The notes under the pieces were generated by a model. The model was not told where the DNA came from. It saw nothing but the letters and a program-made list of their open reading frames with translations, and did no database searches. Both the position numbers and the translations under genes were made by a program. From positions 1 through 36,515 of the IMG/VR virus record IMGVR_UViG_3300032305_001422: a DNA stretch of 36,515 bases; one strand, written 5' to 3'. The DNA is from a virus (taxonomy: Duplodnaviria; Caudoviricetes). Positions 1 to 9,602 of this stretch are shown here, one piece after another; within the stretch, counting starts at the first letter, position 1, and each line of letters starts with the position of its first letter.

Positions 1-1439
1 CCCTCACTAAATGATGAATAACTAAATTCATCTCTATATCTAGATTTAATCTTTTCATTGAATTGTTCATCAAGTTCAAATTCAACAAACAGATCAAATT
101 CAGATAAGTACTTATTGATCAGTTTATTAATAATCGGTATGTATTGATTAATAATTTTAGTTTTAATGCCACCATCTTTAAGCATTATAGATGCAGCACC
201 TAAAGTCAACTTATCATCTTGAAGTTCATTATACTTTTCACTCAAAGATGTTAAGTCTGATTCCAAATCCGAAATTTTATAGTCAGATGTTTCTTTGTTC
301 TCCGAAACAACACTATTAATTTCATTAATAACTTGTTCTTTTTGTTGAGTAAAAATTTTAATACTTAGTTTTTCATTTGAAGCTTCATTCATTAATCTCT
401 TATATTCTGCTTCATCGGATAAAACTTTACTATATTTTTCCCCAACTGATTCTTTAATAGTTAATAATTTCGAAATACCATCGTTTAATTCTGATATTTC
501 TTGTTCCTTTGTAGATACTATATCACAACTAAAAGTTTTGTCAATCTGTTGTGTACATATCGGACAGTTATCTGAGTTATTAAAAAAATTAATCTCTTTT
601 GATATATATTCTATTTTACCTCTCATTTGAATAAGAAGTAATTCATATTGATTCAACTTGTTAAAAAGTTTAGTTTTTTCATCGATAGCATATGAAAATG
701 TACCAGCTTCTTCAATAAATTTTGTTTGTTTATTTTGTGATTCTAATATACTTTGTTCAATTGAAATTAGTTGTTCTTGCTTTCTTTTTACAAATTCCTC
801 ATTTCGATTCTGAAGATCTTGTAAATGCCCTTTGAGCATCTTTATTTTTTCTTTGACTAACTTTTGGTCATTACTATTCTGTAATATATCATCGTTATTT
901 GTTTGAATCTTTTCTTTTAGTAGAGTATTCATGGTAGTGAATACTTGAAGATCCAAAAGGTCTTCAATAATTCCTCTGCGCTGACCAGCTGGCAATTGCA
1001 TAAATGGAACAAATGAAGCACTACCAAGAATAACTACTTGACAAAAAGACTTGTAGTTAATACGAAGAATTTGTTTCTCAAGTATTTCTTGATAATCACG
1101 CATTTCAGCAGATTGATTTAGAAGTGTATTATTGCAATATACTTCAAATACAGTTGGTTTAACACCTCGAATTACCTTATAGAAATTCGAACCTATATTA
1201 AATTCAATCTCAACAGCCATATCTTTCTTTGTGATTGAATTAATAAGTTGTGGTTTATTAATATTACGAAATGGTTTACCAAATAATGCAAAAGTTAATG
1301 CATCGAGACAAGTTGATTTACCAGCGCCATTTTGGCCAACAATAAGAGTTGTTCCACTAGTGGATAAATCAATTTCAGTATACTGATTACCGGTTGAAAG
1401 AAAATTCTTCCATCTAAGTTTTGAAAATACTATTGACAT
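1..1439 (-). CDS. gp46: Recombination endonuclease subunit gp46 (Rad50/SbcC-like ATPase); partial, runs off the left edge
   Basis: Not in the ORF track; translated by hand from ATG at 1439: MSIVFSKLRWKNFLSTGN..., Walker A GQNGAGKST, CPIC zinc hook near 545-567, signature region ...FSYSSFSEG at the window edge. Lies directly after gp47. Confidence 0.95.
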   Translation of the reverse strand, partial: MSIVFSKLRWKNFLSTGNQYTEIDLSTSGTTLIVGQNGAGKSTCLDALTFALFGKPFRNINKPQLINSITKKDMAVEIEFNIGSNFYKVIRGVKPTVFEVYCNNTLLNQSAEMRDYQEILEKQILRINYKSFCQVVILGSASFVPFMQLPAGQRRGIIEDLLDLQVFTTMNTLLKEKIQTNNDDILQNSNDQKLVKEKIKMLKGHLQDLQNRNEEFVKRKQEQLISIEQSILESQNKQTKFIEEAGTFSYAIDEKTKLFNKLNQYELLLIQMRGKIEYISKEINFFNNSDNCPICTQQIDKTFSCDIVSTKEQEISELNDGISKLLTIKESVGEKYSKVLSDEAEYKRLMNEASNEKLSIKIFTQQKEQVINEINSVVSENKETSDYKISDLESDLTSLSEKYNELQDDKLTLGAASIMLKDGGIKTKIINQYIPIINKLINKYLSEFDLFVEFELDEQFNEKIKSRYRDEFSYSSFSE

Positions 1440-1446
1440 AGTAGTC

Positions 1447-2514
1447 CTATTCGATCGAAAGTGCTTGAGTATACAAATCGGTTATGACGTTGGTCAACTT
1501 ATTTTTGTTAACATTTGATGACCCGATTTGATCAATATGTCGCTTGAAAATATCAATGGTAGATTCTGCTTCATTTATTATATTTTCATCTTCCATTATT
1601 AAATTCTTATGATCCTCAACTATTTGAAAATCAATAGGAGTTGCTTTTTCTAGCTTTTCACAAAACAAATCGAACCAATATGGATTATTCTTCTTGGTTA
1701 CAATTAGCTTTACAAACTTATTTGTAAATTGACTAAAATCGTAATTCAACAGTTCATTAAGATCCTTATCGGTATCATCATACCAGACCTTACCAAACAT
1801 TTCATATGGATTTTGAATAAATTCTAGTCCATTTTTTCCGAGATCCAAAATATGGAAGCCGCGAGCATCACCGTAATCAGACCAAGTAAACTGACCATGG
1901 GAACCAGTATAACAAATGGTGCCATCAAAAGAACGATGGTGATAATGGCCAGACAGCGTGAGAGAAAATTTATCAAAGTTTGTACGATCGTCGCCATGTG
2001 TATTAATACTCCCTTTATACATTTCAAAACCAGCAAGTTCTAAATGACCCATACAATATTGAGCCTTGGATTCCTTAATCATTCGCATACTCTGCTCACG
2101 GTTATCGGCACAAATCCATGGAAGCAATAGGATCTTTTTATTATTAAGAATAATTTCTGCAGGATCAATATGGAGTTTATTACAATTTCCATACTTACCT
2201 TCAATCAATTCCGTCAAAGCATTTACCTGATTTGTATTCTTAAAATACACATCATGATTACCTGCAATAGGTATAAGTTCAATACCTTTAATTGCAAGTG
2301 GTTCAAGGAAATCGGAACGAAGTCGACTTGCCGTAAGATAACTTATATGCTTGCGACGATCGACCAAATCGCCTAAATGTATGACAGTTTTAATATTTTG
2401 TTTTTCTAATTCATGAAAGAATATATTATCAAGAAATTTCTTTGACATATTCATAAATGCAACATTATCATTTCTGACACCCCAGTGAGTGTCAGCGATC
2501 ACAGCAACTTTCAT
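1447..2514 (-). CDS. gp47: Recombination endonuclease subunit gp47 (Mre11/SbcD-like metallophosphoesterase)
   Basis: DTHWG, GDLVD, GNHD, GHLE and SGHYH phosphoesterase motifs; adjacent to gp46. Confidence 0.95.
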   Translation of the reverse strand: MKVAVIADTHWGVRNDNVAFMNMSKKFLDNIFFHELEKQNIKTVIHLGDLVDRRKHISYLTASRLRSDFLEPLAIKGIELIPIAGNHDVYFKNTNQVNALTELIEGKYGNCNKLHIDPAEIILNNKKILLLPWICADNREQSMRMIKESKAQYCMGHLELAGFEMYKGSINTHGDDRTNFDKFSLTLSGHYHHRSFDGTICYTGSHGQFTWSDYGDARGFHILDLGKNGLEFIQNPYEMFGKVWYDDTDKDLNELLNYDFSQFTNKFVKLIVTKKNNPYWFDLFCEKLEKATPIDFQIVEDHKNLIMEDENIINEAESTIDIFKRHIDQIGSSNVNKNKLTNVITDLYTQALSIE

Positions 2515-2691
2515 TCAGCGCATTCTTTTAGGTGTAAGCTGATTTTGTTTTAAAGCATTTTCACAATACTTAAGAGTAGCTTCAATTCTTTGTTCATACG
2601 TATTACGAACATTTAAATTCTTTTCATTCAACATAGCTTCAGCACAATCAATTACTGATTGTGGGACTAGATACTTGTGTTTCGTTTCCAT
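2515..2691 (-). CDS. Small hypothetical protein, 58 aa (METKHKYLVPQSVIDCAEAMLNEKNLNVRNTYEQRIEATLKYCENALKQNQLTPKRMR)
   Basis: Hand translation, below the track cutoff. GAAGGAG SD upstream; its TGA directly abuts the gp47 ATG (TGAATG); fills the gp55-gp47 gap. Confidence 0.7.
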   Translation of the reverse strand: METKHKYLVPQSVIDCAEAMLNEKNLNVRNTYEQRIEATLKYCENALKQNQLTPKRMR

Positions 2692-3217
2692 TCATTTGTG
2701 CTCCTTCGCAGAACTTCTCAAGACCTATTTTAACAACTTTCTTAGGCTTTGTCAACATCTTTTTTTCAAAAGAACCAATAATTTCATTTGCAACATCATT
2801 ATTCTTTGTGTGGATAACACCACCACTATCACCATAAAGAGATTCATCAAGGTAATCACTTTGGAGAAATGAATTTTGCATATTCTTATACTTTATATAT
2901 TGCTCTTTCTTTTCCTTAGCAATTCGCCGAAGAAAAGCATTCCATGCTATTTGAGTAAAATAAGCAAATGGATTATCAGATCGTTCGATATTAAAAAGTA
3001 AAACCGAATGAATACAATTTTCAACCCCATCGGCAATCATTTCATCACGGAATGAGTAACCAATAAAATTAGGTTTTGTCGACAAGCGCTCACAAATTTT
3101 TAATATGCACATACCAATATAATCCGGAATCTTAGTATTTGGATTAATTACAACCTTTTCCTTATACGTTTTAATAGCTTCATAAAAATCACGGTTATTA
3201 ACATAATTACGTGCCAT
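2648..3217 (-). CDS. gp55: Late-transcription sigma factor gp55
   Basis: NYVNN, YIGMCILKICERLS.KPNF..YSFRDEMIADG.EN and NPFAYFTQIAWNAFLRRI.KEK motifs. Start set at MARNYV (3217) from the AAAGGA SD; the track starts it at 3238. Confidence 0.95.
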   Translation of the reverse strand: MARNYVNNRDFYEAIKTYKEKVVINPNTKIPDYIGMCILKICERLSTKPNFIGYSFRDEMIADGVENCIHSVLLFNIERSDNPFAYFTQIAWNAFLRRIAKEKKEQYIKYKNMQNSFLQSDYLDESLYGDSGGVIHTKNNDVANEIIGSFEKKMLTKPKKVVKIGLEKFCEGAQMNGNETQVSSPTISN

Positions 3218-3222
3218 TTTGG

Positions 3223-3250
3223 TTGACATCCTTTCCAATGTGTATATAAT
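3223..3250 (+). promoter_or_regulatory. Consensus sigma70-type promoter, antisense to uvsW
   Basis: TTGACA (3223-3228), 16 nt spacer, TATAAT (3245-3250). Confidence 0.65.
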
Positions 3251-3270
3251 CAGTAGTGAGGAAACAATAA

Positions 3271-4710
3271 CTATAGGTCTATGTTATAGATTTTATACTT
3301 AAATTTCTCTTCATTGTATATTCTAATACGTTCAATGAAGTGAAGTATTGTATGATTCTTTTTGGTTTTCCACGATAAATCATCGGCAATATCATATAGT
3401 GTGGCGGTAGACTTTGTATCAGACAAACGGAGACCACGACCAATAGACTGCAGATTTCTTACCCTAGATTTTGAAGGACTAGCAAATAAAACATTAGACA
3501 AATTACGAATGTTGATACCTGTGGAGCTAGTTCCATAACTAGCAACCACAATAGCATTCTCTTCTGTTTCAATAATCTTACGAATCTCTTCACGTTTCTC
3601 TCCATCCACGGATCCCGATATAAAAAATACTTTACGATCAATAACTTCTTGGGAAATCATATCAAATAATACTTTACCATGTTTATCAACATATTGGAAC
3701 AATAATAATGTATTACCAGTAAGTGATAATGCTAGATTTTTGATAAACTTATTTCTAGGTGTGTGTTTTACCAGAAAATCCATTTCTGCTTGATAATCAG
3801 CGCCAGCTATAAGTTTTCTAATATCATCAGGATATTTAAGTACTAAAGCTTTAATAGTCAATTCCGCTAGATGTTTTTGTTCCATAAGTTCAGCAGTAGT
3901 GGTGATCTTACGAACAGGTCCAAATAAACCCTCTAGTACTAATTTATGTGTTTGTGTACCATCAAGTGTGCCGGTAAAACCAAATCTATATTTACATTGA
4001 TTTAGTTTTGTTAATATTGAGGTCAGTGATTTGGCTTTAAATAAGTGTGCTTCATCACCGATGACTACATCAAACTGTTGAAACCATTGCTTGGGTAATT
4101 TAAAAATTGATTGCCATGTTGAAATTACAAATGGCTGATCCGTTTGTTTCTCCTGGCCAGACATGATCTTATGGATCATTCCTTTAGGTAATCCATAGTC
4201 TTCAAAGTCGGAAGCCATTTGATGCACTAATGATGTAGTCGGAACGATAATAAGTGTTTTTGATCTATAAAAACAAGAAAGCATATAGATGATGAGTGAT
4301 TTGCCGGATCCGGTAGGTGATAATAAAACACCTCTACGTTTTCTTACGGCATGCATAAATGCTTCGACTTGATATTCTCTTGGTGGGTATTTGGTTTGTA
4401 GTTTTTCTATAAATTGATTGGCTTCATATAATGAAAATTCGGTATCACCAAATGGGCCATCAAATTCTACAGTATATTGTCTGCTATTACAAAAAGTTAC
4501 AAGTTGATCTTTAAGACCGGCATAGAGTAAACAAGCCATGGGATTAAATAATCTAATTTTGCCATCCCAAACTCTATTCTTATAAGCAGGACTAAACTTA
4601 GCTCCTGGTACATCAAACGTAAAACAGTCTGATATTTCCATTGCAGTAGAAGGATCACAATCTACCTTAATATAAGTTTCATCATAATATTTTATAGTAA
4701 CTATTTCCAT
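3271..4710 (-). CDS. uvsW: UvsW SF2 DNA helicase
   Basis: WDGKIRLF, SPTGSGKS, DEAH, GFTGT and QSIGRGLR motifs. Confidence 0.95.
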   Translation of the reverse strand: MEIVTIKYYDETYIKVDCDPSTAMEISDCFTFDVPGAKFSPAYKNRVWDGKIRLFNPMACLLYAGLKDQLVTFCNSRQYTVEFDGPFGDTEFSLYEANQFIEKLQTKYPPREYQVEAFMHAVRKRRGVLLSPTGSGKSLIIYMLSCFYRSKTLIIVPTTSLVHQMASDFEDYGLPKGMIHKIMSGQEKQTDQPFVISTWQSIFKLPKQWFQQFDVVIGDEAHLFKAKSLTSILTKLNQCKYRFGFTGTLDGTQTHKLVLEGLFGPVRKITTTAELMEQKHLAELTIKALVLKYPDDIRKLIAGADYQAEMDFLVKHTPRNKFIKNLALSLTGNTLLLFQYVDKHGKVLFDMISQEVIDRKVFFISGSVDGEKREEIRKIIETEENAIVVASYGTSSTGINIRNLSNVLFASPSKSRVRNLQSIGRGLRLSDTKSTATLYDIADDLSWKTKKNHTILHFIERIRIYNEEKFKYKIYNIDL

Positions 4711-5144
4711 TAACCACCCGATACGAATTTAGCAAACTCAATTGCGTTCTTTATAATATAACCTCTTGTTTGAAATGATTTAATAATTGACTCAAGAAAT
4801 TCAACTTTTTCTTGTTGTCCGCCAATCTTTAATGAAAGTTCTACAATATCTTTATCGGCTTCTATATACATCGGAATATCAGGTTTTAATATCATACCCT
4901 TAGCTGGTAATTGCCAACCTAGCGTTCTTGTTTCTTCTGTATGACCTTGCGTAAAAAATTCATATTTTAAAAGTTTAAGTTGTTTAAACTGAGATTCGTG
5001 TTTTCTTAATATTGCTTTTTCAGCAACCAGATACGTATAATACTTATGATGAAGTTTAGGAATCTTAAGACTTTCAAGTCCTAATTCAGTCCTATCAATA
5101 TCACTATCTTTCTTCCATTCTTCAAATATATCTTCAAACTTCAT
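4710..5144 (-). CDS. uvsY: UvsY recombination mediator
   Basis: W.KDS.ID...L..ESLKIP.LH.KY and RGY.IKNAIE motifs; TAATG coupling to uvsW. Start set at MKFED (5144) after a TAAGGTG SD; the track starts it at 5159. Confidence 0.9.
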   Translation of the reverse strand: MKFEDIFEEWKKDSDIDRTELGLESLKIPKLHHKYYTYLVAEKAILRKHESQFKQLKLLKYEFFTQGHTEETRTLGWQLPAKGMILKPDIPMYIEADKDIVELSLKIGGQQEKVEFLESIIKSFQTRGYIIKNAIEFAKFVSGG

Positions 5145-5170
5145 CACACACCTTATCAATCATTACAAGT

Positions 5171-5199
5171 AATATATCACGTTTTTAATTGATTGTCAA
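5171..5199 (-). promoter_or_regulatory. Sigma70-type early promoter for uvsY-uvsW-gp55-gp47-gp46
   Basis: Minus strand TTGACA, 17 nt spacer, TATATT with an extended TG, in the gp3-uvsY gap. Confidence 0.7.
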
Positions 5200-5203
5200 C
5201 GAT

Positions 5204-5725
5204 TTATGTGACTTTAGTTATATTATATGTGGTATATCTAAATTTTGTAGAAGCTTTTAAATAACTAACATCTTCTAAAGTTGTATTAAAATCAATGCCT
5301 GATAGTGAAATAGGAAATGCATCCTGAAATACTATGCTATAATTTGGATTTTTATTACTTTTTAAAATTGTCAAAATAATATCAGAATATAAACCTTCAC
5401 CTGAATATTTTGGTTGATTTTTTAATGCAGCAAATTCTTCAAAACTACGTTTACCATGTGCGCGAATCCATTCATGCATTTCCATATAATTCTGAAGATC
5501 TTCATCGACTCTAAATGAAATATCAAGTTCATCATACATCAAATGATCGCCAGCATATGGTACGCGAATTAATGGATTATTTACATCAATTGCTTGTAAT
5601 GAAAGCCCAGGTATATTAACTGTCTGGATAAAAAAGTTAATATGTGGAGCACGCTTCAATTGAAACTTGAAGTTTAGTGGCGAAAGAAAATTGCTGTTGG
5701 CTATTGAATTATCAATTGCAGTCAT
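5204..5725 (-). CDS. gp3: Tail tube terminator / tail completion protein gp3
   Basis: NFLSP..FKF, FF.Q.VNIPG, F.VDEDLQNY.E...W and F.DAFP.SLS motifs; position after gp23. Confidence 0.88.
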   Translation of the reverse strand: MTAIDNSIANSNFLSPLNFKFQLKRAPHINFFIQTVNIPGLSLQAIDVNNPLIRVPYAGDHLMYDELDISFRVDEDLQNYMEMHEWIRAHGKRSFEEFAALKNQPKYSGEGLYSDIILTILKSNKNPNYSIVFQDAFPISLSGIDFNTTLEDVSYLKASTKFRYTTYNITKVT

Positions 5726-5748
5726 AATACACTCCCAAAATACCTATC

Positions 5749-5756
5749 TATTTATA
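5749..5756 (-). promoter_or_regulatory. T4-type late promoter TATAAATA upstream of gp3
   Basis: Exact consensus just downstream of the gp23 terminator. Confidence 0.75.
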
Positions 5757-5759
5757 CAT

Positions 5760-5786
5760 AAAAAAAGGGAGCCGAAGCTCCCTTTT
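5760..5786 (-). terminator. Rho-independent terminator after gp23
   Basis: GGGAGC-TTCG-GCTCCC followed by a T7 tract; C(UUCG)G tetraloop typical of T4-like phages. Confidence 0.88.
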
Positions 5787-5858
5787 CTAGTTGGACTGGT
5801 TGGATCCAGTCTCGTTATATTCTTAGATAATAGTCAATAATCTAAGAAAGTATATATT

Positions 5859-7256
5859 TCACATCAAATTATTGACAACGACACGACGGTAGTAGAAGTT
5901 AGTATTGAATGTCAGAGCGCCCGAACCAACAGTACCACCTTGAGCGAATGGATTGGCAACCATACCATAACGAGTCTTGAAGCCAATCTTTGGTTGGAAT
6001 GTTGACTGATCAACAGCTCTTACCATTTGTAGTGGAACATATGGGCAATAGAATAGGCCGGCATCGAAGGCAGAAGAACCCTTATAACCGACGGTCAGAT
6101 AGTTACCACCGAGAGCATATGGGTCAATATAAACCTTTAGGCGACCATTGAGAACACCAGCAAAAGTATTGCCTGTATCGTCAACATTGAGGTTGTTTGA
6201 GTTGAGGGCAGGGGCATAGTCAAGAACACCAGCCATTTGAAGAGCAGAAGCAACATCTGAAGAACAGATAACAATGTTGCCCTTACCACGGCGGGTTGTA
6301 CGAGCAATGTAGTTAGCTTCGCGTTCTAGTTGGAACATAAGACCTTTGAACTTTTCAACAGACCAACGGCCGTTTGAATCGGTGTCAAGATCAAATACAC
6401 CAGCAGTTGTTGTATTGTCTTGTGCGCCGGTTACGGCAGTGATGTTGATTGTGCGAACAACTTCACGGTTGATTTCGGCAAGGATTTCAGCAGAAAGAAT
6501 GTTAGCAAGTTCAGTTTCGGCATCGAGACCATGGATAGCCTTAAGGTCTTGAGCCAGTTCCATTGTGTACTCAGCCTTGAGGGCACGTGACTTAGCAGTT
6601 ACGGTGACCTTTTCGATTGAGAAGCCCATTTGAGCAAAAGCAGTGTTGCCATCGGCACCAAGTACTTCAGCCTGAGCTGTTGACATGCCTGTACCAGTGT
6701 TATAACCGTTAACGGCAGACATGATAGAAGTATTAGTATCACCTGGGATTGTACCAACGAACTTCTGGCCAAATGAGTTAGCACCAGATGTTACAGAAGA
6801 GAATGTGGTATCAACTTCGTTGTAGAATGTTTCACCGGCAGCCTTAGTATTACCAACAGCAGATGTATTACCAAGAGCAGCAGAGTTACCATAACGTGAG
6901 CGCATAGCAAAGATCAAGCCTGTTGGGCCAGTCATTGGCTGTGTGCCGCAGATGTCATAGGCAATTAGGTTAGGCATTGAACGACGAACCAGTGAGATAA
7001 GTACTGGATCGAATGTATCAATTGGACCGGCGCCTGCAGTTGAACTAGAAGCACCCATAGCATTGTATGCGCCAGTTGAAGCTGTTTCAGTCAAGGTCTG
7101 GAATTGACCATGAGATGAAGCTTCACGAAGTGCACGCTCTGTATTCTCAAGAACAATAGCTGTTACGGAACGGCGGTGTGAGTCCTTGATTGATGGAAGA
7201 TCGGCATGGTCAAGAATTGGTGACCACTTCTTTTGAATTTCTTCTTGTAAAAACAT
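5859..7256 (-). CDS. gp23: Major capsid protein gp23
   Basis: FDPVLISLVRR.MPNLIAYDICG.QPMTGPTGLIFAMRSRY, KSRALKAEYT.ELAQDLKAIHGLDAE and QPKIGFKTRYG motifs; LTE candidate protease site near residue 58. Confidence 0.98.
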   Translation of the reverse strand: MFLQEEIQKKWSPILDHADLPSIKDSHRRSVTAIVLENTERALREASSHGQFQTLTETASTGAYNAMGASSSTAGAGPIDTFDPVLISLVRRSMPNLIAYDICGTQPMTGPTGLIFAMRSRYGNSAALGNTSAVGNTKAAGETFYNEVDTTFSSVTSGANSFGQKFVGTIPGDTNTSIMSAVNGYNTGTGMSTAQAEVLGADGNTAFAQMGFSIEKVTVTAKSRALKAEYTMELAQDLKAIHGLDAETELANILSAEILAEINREVVRTINITAVTGAQDNTTTAGVFDLDTDSNGRWSVEKFKGLMFQLEREANYIARTTRRGKGNIVICSSDVASALQMAGVLDYAPALNSNNLNVDDTGNTFAGVLNGRLKVYIDPYALGGNYLTVGYKGSSAFDAGLFYCPYVPLQMVRAVDQSTFQPKIGFKTRYGMVANPFAQGGTVGSGALTFNTNFYYRRVVVNNLM

Positions 7257-7285
7257 TTAATTTCCCTTTCTTTGTAGGTTCTATT

Positions 7286-7293
7286 TATTTATA
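7286..7293 (-). promoter_or_regulatory. Late promoter TATAAATA upstream of gp23
   Basis: Exact consensus in the gp22-gp23 gap. Confidence 0.78.
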
Positions 7294-7298
7294 TAAAA

Positions 7299-8597
7299 TT
7301 ATTTCTTAGTCGTTCTAGCAATTGCACGGACATAATTACTTACATGTGGATCCATATTTACGGTATTCACACTTTCATCATCACTTTCAAAAGTTTCTTC
7401 CTCAATATTTGAAGTCTTTGGCTTCATTGAGAAATATGTCTCTTTAACCATTTCAAGTTTTGATTTGTAAGAGTTAAAATTGCCATCAAAGCTCACACCT
7501 TCAGCAAGAGCAGCGAACTTTTCTGCTTGAGACATTGTTAAACCTTCTGACAATTCATCAATCAATGATGACATTTTAGCTTCAGCAAGTACTGATTTGA
7601 GCTCATTAGTATCATTGATAGATTCGTTTAATGCATTTTCTAGAGTTTCAATCTTTTGAGCCATGGCTTCAATTACATCGACCTTTTCTTCAGGTACATT
7701 AATGTAATGTTCGGCAAATAGACCTTTTAGACCACCAATAAATTCTTCCATAATTTCATTACGAAGAGAAGATTCAATAGCAACTTGATTATCTTCCATC
7801 CACTTTTCTACAATATAATCTAGGTAAGTATCAAGATTAGTTTCTACATTTTCAACAATTGAGGTAAGTTCTTCCTCAAGTTTTTCTTCATAAGCAGCTT
7901 CAAATTCTTCTTCAAGACGAGCAATTTCAAGTGTTGTACGTGCATTTACTGCGGCTTCAAATAGTGTTGTTGCCTTATCCTTGAACTCTTCGGATAGTTC
8001 TGTGCCAACAAACATTTCCTCAACATCTTCCTTCATGGAAGCAAGGGGATTATTCATGTGATCTAGCTTTGGCATTGGATCGGCGGCAGATGCACCACCA
8101 CTACCAACAGCAGCCGAACCCTTCATATTCAATGAACTTTTATTTGAATCTGAATTTGCTGATCCTGGTAGAGCAGAAGCTTCCTTACCAATAAGAGCCA
8201 TAGCACTTGTATACCACTTTGTAAGTTCATCACTACTCATAGCATTCATCGAACCAATGACCGCATTAATAGCTGCAATCTTTGACTTTGGATTTGAATC
8301 ATCAGAGCGTGAATCAGCCTTCAAAGTGTCCGAAGCAACTGATTCATACATTTCTTTTTCTTCTTCAGAAAGAGCATCATATTCTTCTTTCGTCAGACGA
8401 TCAGTAGCTTTAGAAACACCAGCAAGGCGCTTTCTTGCTTTATCACCTAGTTTCATACCTGTTTCTATGCTTCCATGAGACAACTCTTGACCAGCATCAT
8501 CTGTTTTGTCAACTGCATCGGCCGATGCTTTCTTTACATATGAACCAAGAGTTGATTTCTTAAGTTCGTCAAGTTGTTCGATATTTTTCTTAGGCAT
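7299..8597 (-). CDS. gp22: Prohead core scaffold gp22 with a long N-terminal extension
   Basis: LSEEFK.KA.T.FEAAV, YLDY.VE.W...N..AIE..LR.E..E.F..GLK.LF.EHYI.VPEEK motifs; lies between gp21 and gp23. Confidence 0.92.
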   Translation of the reverse strand: MPKKNIEQLDELKKSTLGSYVKKASADAVDKTDDAGQELSHGSIETGMKLGDKARKRLAGVSKATDRLTKEEYDALSEEEKEMYESVASDTLKADSRSDDSNPKSKIAAINAVIGSMNAMSSDELTKWYTSAMALIGKEASALPGSANSDSNKSSLNMKGSAAVGSGGASAADPMPKLDHMNNPLASMKEDVEEMFVGTELSEEFKDKATTLFEAAVNARTTLEIARLEEEFEAAYEEKLEEELTSIVENVETNLDTYLDYIVEKWMEDNQVAIESSLRNEIMEEFIGGLKGLFAEHYINVPEEKVDVIEAMAQKIETLENALNESINDTNELKSVLAEAKMSSLIDELSEGLTMSQAEKFAALAEGVSFDGNFNSYKSKLEMVKETYFSMKPKTSNIEEETFESDDESVNTVNMDPHVSNYVRAIARTTKK

Positions 8598-8627
8598 TAA
8601 AAGGTCTCCCTTACATTCTATTTGTTT

Positions 8628-8635
8628 TATTTATA
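8628..8635 (-). promoter_or_regulatory. Late promoter TATAAATA upstream of gp22
   Basis: Exact consensus overlapping the gp21 stop codon. Confidence 0.72.
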
Positions 8636-9314
8636 ACAAATTTGTTTTTGACGATAAAGACTTGACGAAACCTTCAAAAATAGCAAGTTTATTATGTTCA
8701 ATTTCGTCCATACGCATAGTTCTTAATTGTTTACGTGTTTCATGTAGTTTCTCTTGGTACCAAGAATCATTAGTCGCATCATAAACCCAATCAACATTTT
8801 CCATAACACCTTTTACAAAAGCATTAGGTGCAGATGGATCAGCTACAATATCGGCTGCAGTTGCAAGATGAAAATCAGGTTGTACAATCATCACACCATT
8901 TTCTGATTGAAGACTTCCCATACCACGAGAAGAAACACCTAAATTAGCACCAGAATCAAGAAGACCTCTAGCAATATTACCCATAGGAGTATCAGTCAAC
9001 TTTGCTTTACCAATAAAATAATTACTCTTACCATCTCTCTTTAATTCAACAATAAGATGGGATACACGATCTAAATTAATCTGTGGACCGGAAGGATGAC
9101 CTAGTTCACCGTAACCACGATTTGTTTTAATATGGCTTTCATTATATTTATTTACTGCATTTTCCAATACAGACATTGGATATACACGGCCATTTTTATT
9201 TTGTTCTTCAGCAACAAGAAAGCGACCGTGAATATGATGTTGCTTTCTACCAGTTGCTTCATCAAGTTGAGTTTCAAAATCGATTGCTTCTGTGAGTTCG
9301 GTAATAAGTTTCAT
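8631..9314 (-). CDS. gp21: Prohead protease gp21
   Basis: MKLITE, NKNGRVY, GELGHP, LDRVSH, LGVSSRGMGS and DIVADPSAP.AFV motifs. Confidence 0.96.
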   Translation of the reverse strand: MKLITELTEAIDFETQLDEATGRKQHHIHGRFLVAEEQNKNGRVYPMSVLENAVNKYNESHIKTNRGYGELGHPSGPQINLDRVSHLIVELKRDGKSNYFIGKAKLTDTPMGNIARGLLDSGANLGVSSRGMGSLQSENGVMIVQPDFHLATAADIVADPSAPNAFVKGVMENVDWVYDATNDSWYQEKLHETRKQLRTMRMDEIEHNKLAIFEGFVKSLSSKTNLL

Positions 9315-9323
9315 TTTTTTACC

Positions 9324-9602
9324 TTAATTATTATACGCAACTGGAACGGCTACTAAAGAAGTAGCTGTGTTATTAGAAGTTAATATATCTGTTGCGCCTT
9401 TTTGTAAAATTAAAGTCTCTCCACCAATAATGGAAGTCGTCCATTTAGTAGTAGTATTAGTTGAATCTTTACAGGTAATCAGATGTAAAGCAGTAATCGC
9501 GCCACCATGTGATATTTTAACTAATGTGTTATTACCGTAAGAACTGAATGTTGTAGTATTACAAACGGACTCTATACCGAGTGGTTTAATTATTTTGGTC
9601 AT
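9324..9602 (-). CDS. Hypothetical 92 aa beta-rich protein in the head module
   Basis: ATGA overlap with the upstream ORF; in line with the operon. Confidence 0.7.
   Translation of the reverse strand: MTKIIKPLGIESVCNTTTFSSYGNNTLVKISHGGAITALHLITCKDSTNTTTKWTTSIIGGETLILQKGATDILTSNNTATSLVAVPVAYNN

Noticed and set aside
1433-1465. Plus-strand TTGACA at the gp46 start as a third antisense promoter
   Set aside because: It is the complement of ATG-TCA-A, and no -10 hexamer lies at 16-18 nt.
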